64,000 nucleotides of DNA, taken from contig JAAOMT010000681.1 of assembly GCA_016748015.1 (NCBI GenBank), positions 9,605 to 73,604 on the forward strand. The letters are read 5' to 3'. This DNA comes from Geosiphon pyriformis uo1. Its lineage: Eukaryota; Fungi; Glomeromycota. The first letter of the stretch is position 1, and every line of letters starts with the position of its first letter. The position numbers and the translations under genes are program-made. The notes under the pieces were generated by a model that was given only the letters and a program-made list of their open reading frames with translations, made no database searches and was not told the DNA's origin. Below are positions 26,535 through 38,761 of the stretch, piece after piece.

Positions 26535-29500
26535 TTAAAAAATAAGGATAATTATTATAATTTTAAAAATATAAGCAGTATTTTCACAACTGTACCAAAT
26601 TCAAAAATCATATATTATTGTTTAAAAAAAAAGTTGTTAATTTATATTTAATTTTAAAGTTTCAAAAATTTAACAAAATTAGGTATTAATCTATCAATTA
26701 AATAATTATTTAAATTTTGTTTATAAAAAATATAGCAGATATTTGTCAAGTTTAAGCTAAGATTAAAATTAAAGCAAAAAATAAAAAAATATAGTTTAAA
26801 TGCATATATTAGTTTATTGATTATTAAAAAAAAAAACTTTTCACAAAAAATTTAGTGATTTTAATCTGAATTTTTGATTAAGAAGAAAATTGTGATTATC
26901 TAAACAACTTCAATCTAGATGTAAAATAAAGAACAAATTTACCAAAATAAAGCTGTTTTTGCAATTTATTCAAAAATAACTGCAATTAAGTTTTTGGCTG
27001 GGATATTAAATTTTCACTTATCTTATCTAAAGAGTAATTATAATCTTAATTCCAAGATTTTACCTTATTTAATATTAAATAATATAACATTTATGTAATC
27101 AGAAAAATTTTACAAAGAACATAAAAAAATTGCCCTTGCAATTATTGTTTAGACTCAATTGCACATCTTTTGCATTTAAAAAAATTTACAATATTTATTT
27201 AGTTAATTCATTTAAAATGTTACTAATTTATTTTTTTATAATTTCATTTTTATCTTAAAACAGTTATATTTATTTATTTTATGATTAAACAAAATTTTTA
27301 TAAAGATTTTAAAAAATAGTTTATACTATCACATAAAAAGTTTTAATATCAAGATTGAAAATCTATAAAGTTAAAATAAAGAAAAATAGAACATTAATAA
27401 AATAAGCAAAGATTTTTTTCATAGTAATCTATGATTTTATTATATATTAATTATCATTAAATTGTTAATAAAAATTTTTTCTTTGAATAAAATATATTTT
27501 AATTTACAAGCTAAATCAAAATTCAGATAACTTTTTAGCATTAAATATCTGCAAAATTTTTGATACATTTATTTGATCAAATTTAATTCGATTAAAATAT
27601 TATTATAGTATCAATTTTAACTTTTAGTTTTTATTATATAAAGTTTTTAATTACAAATAGCTTATAAGAACCAGAAAATTATAATTTTTTTTATCAAGAC
27701 TTATTTATATGAAAATAAAAAAGAGTTTTTAAATCTTTGAGATTAAGTAGTTTCAAAATAAAAGCAATTATTTATTAAAATAAAATCTTGAATGTTTTAT
27801 TTATTTGTGTATATTAATTTCTAGTAGAAAAAGCTATTTGAGGTAATTTTTTACATACTGCAAAAAATTTTATAAGAAAAAATGTTTTAAAGGCTGATTA
27901 TATTTGTAATTTCATCATGTTATTATGAAAATTAATAACAAAAAAGTTTTTTGTTAACAATCTTTTACATAACCACCACCTAGTAATTAATATTTTAAAT
28001 AGCAAAAAATCTGAAAAAATTTTTATCTTGTTTTGTCAAAAGATTAAAAATGTTGATAATAATAACATTAATAATAAAAACACTATTAAAAAGTACAGTT
28101 TTTAGAATTAGAACATTGTATTAAAAAACTGCAAAATACAACAATAATAACAACACAAAATATTATTTAACAACTATTTATTTAAGTATAGTTTATACTA
28201 TTCATCTTATAATTATACAAACAATTGATCTTTTCAAAAAGTTCTTTATTTTTTTGATTTATTTATATATTAATTAATATATTGATTATTTTAAAAGAAC
28301 TTATTTATTTACTTAAAATTAAGAATTTAATATATAATTATATTTAATTATCAGTCTTTTCTTAATACTATTTTTATTTTTATTTTTTTTTCACATTATG
28401 TATTAGCATTTAACAAAGAAAATATAAATTTAGCATAATAATACTTACTTTAACACTAACAAAAATATATTTTGTTCATTCTAATTTAAAGGTTTTCTGT
28501 CTTATTTAAGACTTTTAGGTTTAGAATAAAAATTATAGTTTAAATTGAAATAAAATCAAAAATTTGATGGATTTGAAAAATTGAATCTTTTTTAAAGAAA
28601 ATGTTAAGCACACAAAATTAATTGATCTAATTATTTAGCTTTCAGCAAACACAGAAAGAAGTAGTGCAAAATTTTTTTTCTTTTGTCAATAGATAATATT
28701 GCAAACTCAAGATATTTAAATAAGGCTTTATAAAACTAAAAAAATAAAAGTTATTTATTTAATTTTAAAATATAATATATTGAAACACAGAAATAAATAT
28801 TAATTTTTTTTAAGAAAACTCTCTTTTTTATATTTGTTTTTTTTTATCAAATAGATTTTATTAACTAGAAATTAGAATATTTTAATATTGTTTACTATAC
28901 AAACATTTTATATTTTTATAAATTGCCTATAATAATTCTTAAATATGAACAATAAAGAATGAATACTTTAAATAGATTTCTTTAAATTTATATTGTTATT
29001 TGTATTACCCTACTATTATTGTATAATTAATATTTAAGATAATGTTTTTTAATATTGTATGTAAACAAATAAACATTAGTGCATTTTTAAGAAGATTTTT
29101 TTAAAAACTAAGATTTATTGCTTCTGTTAAAAGTTTTATTGAAGAATTCAAATGATGTAATAATATCAATCAATATTCAATTATGCAAAATTTGAAGATT
29201 ATTGCCATTTAAAATTCTCTTTTTTTTAATTATCATCATTTTTTTTAACATATAACCAAAATTTGAAGCACTAAGATTACTATTTCAATCAAAAAAAATT
29301 AAACAAAGTTTTAATTCTTTAATTAATTATCTGACCCTTATAATTATAAAAGTTATTAAAATATTTTCTCTTTTAATTTGAATTGTTTTTTATATAATAC
29401 AATTAATTTTACTAAATATCTAAATAAATAATTTTTATATTAAATTTGGTAACCAAATATCACAAAAAAAATTAATTTTAAGAATCAGAAATTCTTTTGT

Positions 29501-30639
29501 CAAAAAAACTTTCAGGTTTTTATTGTTAATACACAAAGTTATTTAAAGCATAGGTTTAATATAAAAAATTTTGTGAATTGTATCTTAAAATTTAAAAAAA
29601 TTAATTAACTTTTCAAACTATTAAGCTTTTAAAATTTTTATTAAAGCTATTGCTATTAATAAAATTTTTAATTATGAAATTATATAAACATATATATATA
29701 CATTGAACTTTTAAATATGGTAAAAAAATGTTTTTAAAACGAAATTTAACTTAAATATTCTAAGAAAATTATATTTTGAATTTGTTTAAATTAATTAAAC
29801 AAACAATATATTAGCTTGAAACAATATATACTAAAAAATTTAGGTGTTTATTTTATTTAATTAGAAAAAACTTGAATTTTGTGTTTTATATATGTTTTAT
29901 GTTTAGCTCTAATTCATAAAAAGAACAAATTATTAATTGTTTAAATATTTTTAATTATGAAATTTTAATAATAATTATTATTCATTTTATTAATTATAAA
30001 TTTGATATTAAAAAAATATATAATTGAAAATAATTGCTTTTATAAATAATATTAAATTATAAAACTTGTTATTATTAATAATAAAATAAACTAATTTCAA
30101 TTTTTTATAATATTTGTTTTTTAATAGAATTTTTAATATTTTTATTAAATTAAATAATTAAATAAAAAATTTACACAAAATATTTCAAGATTTTGGAGCT
30201 TATTTTTATAATTATGTTAATTAATAAATATTTATTCTTAAAACTGTCTTAACTTAAAATCAAGACAATATATAATAATATGATTTTTTGATTAAAAACA
30301 GTTTCTAAAAATATTAAAACTAGCAATCATTAATCACTATATAACTCAACTTTAAGTTTTTATTTAAACTAAAACTAGCAAAAAAATAATAACAAACATG
30401 GTTTCTTATGTCTTTACCATTATTTGAGTTTTATTTGTTTAAACAATAGAAATAAACAAATGAATCAAGCTCTTATTCTAGCATTTCAAATTTCTTTAAA
30501 ATTTAGTCTTTTTGCAAATATGATTTAATAAAATTGCAATTAAAATTTTTACTTATTGGCAAAATAAACTCTTTAAAAATCTTTTTTTATCTCTCTAAAA
30601 TTTTAGAAATTTGATAATCTATTTTTGTTGTTTAAAAAT

Positions 30640-31213
30640 TATGATTTCAATTTCATTAATTGAAAATATAACTTTACTCTTTGACTGGCTTAAAAAAGCA
30701 TTGATTGTTATAAAAAAAATATACTTATTTCCTAAGCCAGAGAATATTTAAAGTTGCTAACCTGGTAAAAAATATCTTATACACAACCAGGAAATATCTG
30801 AAAATTATTCAATTACTTGAATAATAAAAGTTTAAAATGTTTGATAGACTATATTTTACTTAGCTTTTTTTTTAAACATAAGATCAAAACTGTTCTTAAT
30901 TTAACAAAAGCATTTTTAAATTTTTAGAAAGCAGCGAATTCAAAAGATTTTTTAAGTTAATTTTTCTTAGGTTGTTGTTACAACATTGAAATTGGTACTT
31001 TACAAGATTAAACAAAAAAATTTAAGTTCTATTTAAAAACAGCAGAGGCAGAATATTTAAATGCATAATTCGATTTTGTACTTTGTTATACTAATAGAAA
31101 AAAAACAACAAAAAATTCAGATAAAGTATTTAAACTTTATTCAAAAGCAGTAAAAATAGAATATTTAAAGACATAATATAATTTTGAATAATATTATGCT
31201 AATAAAAAAGGTT
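30640..31213 (+). pseudogene. SEL1-like repeat protein pseudogene
   Basis: TKAFLNF*KAANSKDFLS*FFLGCCYNIEIGTLQD*TKKFKFYLKTAEAEYLNA*FDFVLCYTNRKKTTKNSDKVFKLYSKAVKIEYLKT*YNFE*YYANKKG: about three 36-aa SEL1 units with Q>stop and G>E/K/R changes. Confidence 0.8.
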
Positions 31214-34200
31214 GATTTATAATTTTTAAAACTTTTGTTAGAACTTTTTTTTAAAATTTGACTATTAAAATATTAACAACAATAACAAAACTTATACATA
31301 TCAAATATAAAAAGATAACACTAATAGCTATCTAAGCAGCTATAGTTGTAAAAATAGAGATTGTTAGTTATTTTATTAAAAATAGAAATATAAAAGAATC
31401 TCTAAAAACAATAAGTGAAATTTGCTCTACTGAAGTAAAAAATCACTTTAAGTAGCCACTTTTTATAGGAAATAATATTCTTTGCAAAATTTTTTGTGGA
31501 AATATATTTTAATATTTCAATCATTATATACTTTACTTATAGTAATACTTTTTTAATAAAAATTTGAGCCCTTCTTAAAGAGTTGTTGCTTATAATCAAC
31601 TGTGGTCTTTTTTAATATTAAAATTATAGTAAAAATTAGTTCACTTTCTTATATTAAAATTGCATACTTGTAGAAATAAAAATATAATAATTAAAAGCTC
31701 TAAAAAATATTCTAATTCTATTGAATATTGTTCAAAATTTAAAATTTTGATAATTTGATATTGTATACTAAAATACTTGTAAAAAATTTATTCAATTAAA
31801 ACCTTTGATGAAATTTAAGAAACATTATAAATTGGCAGAAAAATAATTAAATTCTTTTAGTTTAATTCTAAAAATTGAGAAATTATTAATCAAATATTTT
31901 TTTATTTAAAAACTTTTAATTTTTTTTGAAATAAAGCAAATAAAAATAAAAAAACAATAAATTTAACATTGATTTTACAAATATGTTAAACTTAAATGTA
32001 ATTTTATTTTTTACAATTTTTGGAATTTTTTTAAATTGACATTTATACTTATGTATATTAATAATTAAACTTTTTTATTAATTGAAATAAAATTTTTTAT
32101 CGATAAAAAATTCTCACATTTAATTAAAATTTTGATAATTTTAAATAAATATATAATAATAATTATAACACAGTTTTTATATTGTTTTCTATTAAAATAT
32201 TATGTACTATTTAAGTGTAGAAAACATTTTAGTTTCTAAAATCAATTTAAAATACTTTTTTAATTATTTAAAAAAATTAAGCATATATTAATAATAAATT
32301 TTATTTTTTACAATATTTTTTAGTAAATATTTATAGAAACTTAACTCTTAAAATCAAACAATAAATTTGAATTTTGATTTAATAAAGAAAATTTTTTTAG
32401 AATTAAGTTAATTTTTAACTAAATTCTATTTTTAATATTAAATAAAGACTTTAAAATACTACAGTTAATTTGACAAATAATTGTTTTTGCATTAATATTA
32501 ATAATATTATTTACATTGCTTAAAATATTTAACCATAGAAAATATTTATTTTTATAAAATGCTATAAAAATATAGTCACATAAATGTTTAAGAAATGCTT
32601 TTATTTTGTTAAAAACTTTATTTTTTCATAAAAAAATTTTTATTTTTCTAATTTTTCTAAACAAACACATTAACTTTAAAGTTTAAATATTAATTAATAC
32701 AATTAACTTGACTAAAATTAAAAAAAGTTTTGTTAAATAAGTTGTTTTTTAAAAAAAAATTTAATATTATTTATTTATTTATTTTTTTAAATTTTTTTTA
32801 GTAAATTTAAAAATAGTTTTAAACATAAATGTAAATTTTTATAAGAAACTACAAATATTAATATCAATGTTTAAAGCTAGAAATTACTATTTATATTAAT
32901 AAAATTTTAGATAAAAATTCTAATTAGTTTTTTTAAAAAAATTAAAAAATTAATATTATTTTTAATATTTTTTTAAAGTTAATTTTTTAGAAATTGGATA
33001 TTTTGTTGTTTATAAACAAAATAATTACAATATTATTTCTATTAAATAATAAATATTATGTAATAAAATTTTTAATAATAATTTATAAGTCTCTCAATAT
33101 AACAAATATATCTTTCTATATTAAAACTTTCATAAATTGTAACAAAAAATAATTGACTATTTTGCTATTTACTAATTGTATTAGATTTATACTCATATTT
33201 ATTAATATTATTATTAAAATTTTTATTAATAGTATTCTGAAAATTTTGGCTTTTTTTTATGTTAATAATTTTTTATTTGTTGGTTTAAAAACATACTAGT
33301 TAAAAAATTTAAAACAATAGTTAAAATAAATTAGTCAAGATGAATTAATTTTTTTTACAAAAAAGTCAAAATATAATAAATATTCATAATTTTTCAAAAA
33401 AATTGGTTTCATATAATAAAATAGTAAATTAATAAAATAGTAAAATACATATTTGTATTAATAAATTTATTTTAATGTTTTAAAAAATTTATTAATTAAT
33501 ATTTGTGTTTATAAAATATTATGTATTATTTAGTCATAATTGTATAATTTTTTAAAACTCTAAATTTGTGTATCAATTTATTTTTTGTATATGGTAATTT
33601 AAATTACATAAAAATTTACATAGTAATTTTAAGTAGTTAAAAATAAAATTTTAAAATAGTATAAATTATAATTGTTTTTTAGCAAAAACAAAATTTAAAA
33701 ATAAAAAATACTCAAAATTATATATTGTTAATTTTATATTAAATAATTAAGCATTAAATTAAAAAGAAAAATTTTTAAAAAACAGATATTAAAAACTAAA
33801 ATTAATAAAATATTATTATTATTAAGTATTAATATTATTAAAATTAAGATGATTACTTTTATTTATTTATTTATTCTTAAAATAGCAGAACATACAAATT
33901 ATTTAATAGTTATTTTTTAATTATTATTAATATTATTTTGGGCAAAAAGTAAAATAATTATTAATTTATTTTTATTATTGTCTTTGTAATATCTAAAGAG
34001 TGTTTTGTATTAACTATTATAACTATTAAATTTTTTCTTATAGGAAAAACCAAAATTTATAAATTAACTTAGTTATAATCTAATTTTATTATTAGCTTTA
34101 TTTTTTATTATATATTAGTATTATTTTTATATTTATTGTTTTGTAATCTAATTTTTTTGCAGATTATAAACTTTTAAAAATTTTTTATTAATTAAATACT

Positions 34201-36680
34201 AATTTAATAACTTTTTAATTTAGCTTTATTTTTTAACTCAGTTTGTTATTATTCCTTTTTACAATTATTAAAATCTAATTTTTATAAAATATATTTGAGT
34301 TTTAATTATTTTTGGAACTTAATTGCTTTTTATTAACTTTAAGCCTATAATTATTTCTTAAAGTATATTCTTATTTTAATTATATTACTTAAATTATAAT
34401 TGGAGTTTATTTATTACTAAAAATATTATAAACAAATTTTGTTTTGTTTTTTGTTTTTTAAAAATATTTTATATGAATTTTAATTGTTTTTATTATTAAT
34501 ATTGTTATTAATACAAAACATTTTATCAATTTTTTATAGAAGTTTTCTAAAATTTTAATTATTATTATTATCTTTTTTAAAAAAACAATTTTTAATTATA
34601 TATTTTTTAATACAAATTATTGATTAATTTTTTACTTTAATTTGTATTCTAATATTAAAAAAATTAATAATTAATTTTATATTTGTCATTTTTAATACAA
34701 ATAATTAAAAAAATATTAGTTTATTAATATATAAAAAAAGATTAAAATATTGCTTTAATTTCTATTTAATATAATAATTAAGTATTTTTTATACAAAATT
34801 TTAATTGAATTTTTAAGTAATTAGCTTAAAAAAAAGTTTTTTGTTTTATTTTCTTAATATTACAAAAACTACAATTTTGATAAATTAAAAAAAATACTTT
34901 TAAAAGTTAATAATAAATTTAAAAGATTTAATTTAGAACAATTTCAAAAACATTAAGTTAATATAAATTATTATTAGAATTGATATTAATTATTAATATA
35001 TAATTATTACAAAGCTATAATTATTAAATATTAAGAAACATCAAAAATAAAACACTAAATTTTTTAAATCAAGTGTTTTAAAAATATTAGTAAATTTAAT
35101 AATAAAAATTTAATTAAAATTCACAAATTACAAATAGTTAAAATAATTTATAATATTAAATACTAATTATTTTATAATAAAATATTAACTTTTTTTAGAC
35201 TTTAATATAAATAGACTGTTTAGATAACTTTATTTATAGAATTATATAAAAGAAAATAATAAAACTTTACAATTATGAAAAAAAATATTTTTAATACTTT
35301 TGTTATTATATTGAATATTAATATATGATTATTACAAAGCTATAATAATACCAATTTGTTAATTTATATTTTTAATAAACAATATGTTTTACATAAATTA
35401 CTATATAAAAAATCATAAAATTATAAGTACAATATTTTCTAATCACTATAAAAATCTTTAAAAAAATGTGTTTTATTAAAAAACTTAAGATTTAAAAAGA
35501 TATATCTTAGTGCTTAATAATATATTCTAATAATTATAATTATATAAATATAGAAAATAATATAATTTTATTGTTATTAAATAAATTATTTTAGTTACAA
35601 TTTATTTTTAATTCATTATTATTAAACTGTAAATTAAAATTTATTTTATATAACAGATTTTTTTTTAGTTTTTAAATTTTTTTATTTGAAAAAAACTTTT
35701 AGCTTTTATAACTATATATACAAAATTTTTTTATATAAAATAAAAAAAACCTTATTTATACTTGATAATTTTTATATATTAACCAACTATTAATTTTAAT
35801 ATTTGAAAGATTGTATAGTTTTATATTTAATATAAATTAATTTTTTGTTATTGTGGCTTTATTTCTTATATTATCCAAATCTTTTAAAAAGATTAAGACT
35901 TTTTAATCTAAAAGTAAAAACTTTTTAGTACTTAATAAAACGTTTTAAAAGTTGCTGTATTCTATGCTAGTATGCTTTTTATTAAAATAACTTAATATTA
36001 TTTTACTTTTATATAAATCTTTATTTTATAGATATCTAAGTTTTATTATAATAACTTTTTATTTTACATCTTTTTATATATTTAGATTATTTCAAGTTAA
36101 AATTAAAAAAAATAATTTTTATTAAGAAAAATAATTTTTTGTGAGTTAAAAATTATAGCTGAATTTTTAATAGCAATTTTAATACAGAATTTTTGTAACT
36201 TTTTAAAAAATTATGCATAAATACAAAGTGGTAAAAATATTTTCTAGTTCTTTTACATAATGTTTAGTTAAATAGTTTTTAAGATAAGTTTATTAACAGT
36301 AGTAAACAATTTTAAAATAGCATATATTTTATGTTTATTATAAAAAATTTTGCTATTATAAATATATTTATGTAGAAAAGTAAAACATATAAATTGATAT
36401 TAATCAAAATATCTTGAAATAAATAAAATTTTATTTGAGAATTATTTTTAAAATTTTTTCAAAAATTTTTGGTTTAGTAAAAATATTATTATTATTTTTT
36501 CTTTTAATTTAATTATTAAAGAGTATTACAGCAAAATATAATAATTTTGCTGTTAAAATTTAAAAATAAGCATAAAAATTTCTAATATTAAGCACTTTAT
36601 TAACTACAATTTTAATATCAAAAACTTTTAACTGTTAAATAAATTTCTAAAATTATTGAATAAAGTGTAAAAATATTGTT

Positions 36681-36769
36681 AAAAAAAATAAAAAATAAAA
36701 ATAAAAAAATAAAAAAAAAATAAAAAATAAAAAATAAAAAATAAAAAAAAATAAAAAAAATAAAAAAAA

Positions 36770-36803
<34 letters not shown>

Positions 36804-36828
36804 AAAAAAAAAAACAAAAAAAAAAAAA
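36681..36828 (+). repeat. ~148-nt A-rich tract at the 5' junction of LINE copy 1
   Basis: Nearly pure A with sporadic T/C. Lies between the left TSD and the LINE 5'UTR. Confidence 0.9.
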
Positions 36829-36964
36829 TTTCTTTCTCTTCTTTGTCTTAAATTCCCAAAAAAGAGTTAAAAGTTTTTTCTGAAAAAAGTTTTTCACAAT
36901 TCAGTACAATAAGTCCAAATCTTTTTTTGATTTCAAGGCCACAATTGGCCCCAGTATTGCTGTC

Positions 36965-38761
36965 ATGAAAAAGATTGTTAAAGATTCTGGCTCTGATGAG
37001 GATTTCAAACCTGTTTTACCAAGGAAAAAGAGGAAAAATGGTGCTTTGGAAGAAAATGTTGGAGACAAAAAGAGTTCTGTTAAGGAGCTAAGTGGTTATT
37101 CGTAAGATTCTGAGACTGGTGATACCACCGAGTCTGATAGTATTGACATGGAAGAGAAATGTTTGGTTGAGAAAACTAGCCTTGACTATGATGAGAATGG
37201 AATTCTTGCTAATAGAGATCCTGATCAGACACTTAAAGGGCCAGGTATTAAAACTAAAAAGGCATTGGGCAAGCCATTAGGGAAAATAGATTTTGCAAAT
37301 TATGGTAATATAGATGATATTCTGTCAAATAGTCTTTTGGAACTTCCCCCTCCTTTGAAAAATTTAGTTAATATTTCTGTTCGGAAATTATTTGCTTTAG
37401 ACATTGGGTTGGATAAAGTGGTTGGGAAATCCTCTCAAGAAAAATTGAATTTTGTCAGGAAAACTTTTTCAGATGTAAATGGTTTTGGAGGGGCCTCTAC
37501 TCCCTCAAAATTTGGTGGAATCATCTGTGCAACTTTCACTTCAGAAGTGGCAATGATGGCTGTGGCTAGATTAACAAATGATTATGATGTTGTGGTAAAC
37601 ACCAATCTTAAGTGCTCTGGCAGTAATCATATGAATTAGGCAATTGTGCTAAAAAAAATTCCAGTGGAAACATCTGTAGAGACTGTGCATGTGGCTGTGT
37701 CTAAATTTGGAGTAATTAAGATGATCAAAATACAACTGGTAGGTTTGTGGCAGAAAGCAATCATCAAATTGGAAGATCAGAATTAGGCTAATTTCTTAGC
37801 TGCCAAATAGTCCATTCTAATCAGAAAAGATGCGATATGAGTGGCCAGAGCTGACATCAACAAACATTTGTGGAATGTTCAAGATAGTTTCAGAGCTTTG
37901 CTGTATACCTTTCCTGTGAGAACTACTGCTTATAATTTGTGAGATTTTATTGGTTCTGTTGGTGGGAAGACATGCTTCATTGATCATAACTCTGTCAGTT
38001 ATTCTCATGCCCACTGTGCCACTGTGTGCTTTGACTCTGAGTCAGTTTTGGTTGGTGCTATGACAGCAACTCCAGTTATAAAAGGCATTGGTCTCTGCTG
38101 GTCTTGTCTTTTTCAGGCTTTATGTGCAGTTTGCAAAGGTTTTGGTCATACATCTCTCAATTGTCAGTCAGTTAAAAATGCTGTGGTTCCGGGTGGCAGA
38201 AAAGCTCCTCTTTCAGCTCAAGACCAGTTCAGATTGGCTAGGATTTATGCAAAAAAGTCTGCATCTATTTCTCGTCCTTTGGCTTTTGGTGGTAAAACTT
38301 AGACATCAGTGGTTAGTGCTCCTTCTGTGCACAATTTTCATGGTACTGGTATGTCTCTTGGTTCCAATAAAATTGGTGAACTCCTTCTTCTGGTTGTAGA
38401 TGACTTGAAATCACATTTGGTCAGAATTGAAAGCAGTCTTGTCAGTCTCACAGGACAGATTAGTGAGTTGGCTAAGAGATTGGAGTTACTTGTGCCAGCA
38501 GTTTCCCAGCCTAGTCTTGGATGTCAGCTGTTAGTGGCTCCCCTATCACAGAATTAAGAGGAGGATATAGTGATGAGAGCAGATTTGAGTGAAGCCATTA
38601 GTGACAAGATTGATCTGATTGTAGACTTGGCAGCATTCCCTCATGTTGTTAAACTAAAAAATATGCTGGAAGACTTCTCCAAGTTTGTGTTAATCTTGTC
38701 TGCTCACTTTGATAGTTTGGCTTTGATTGGTGGTGTCACTTTCCTAATTTCTTCTCAATGA
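36965..38761 (+). pseudogene. LINE copy 1 ORF1 (gag-like nucleic-acid-binding protein with CCHC knuckle)
   Basis: 599-codon single frame broken by stops. CAVCKGFGHTSLNC knuckle. Homologous to ORF1 of copies 2 and 3. Confidence 0.85.

Noticed and set aside
33900-36660. Probable further decayed TE/coding relics (also 2300-3330, 15480-16360, 20500-22100, 24000-25400, 26900-28000, 43580-44600)
   Set aside because: Coding-like texture and strand skews are visible, but I could not recover diagnostic motifs or termini by eye, so no call is made.
36679-36897. 72-aa poly-Phe ORF
   Set aside because: Translation of the reverse complement of the A-tract; not a gene.
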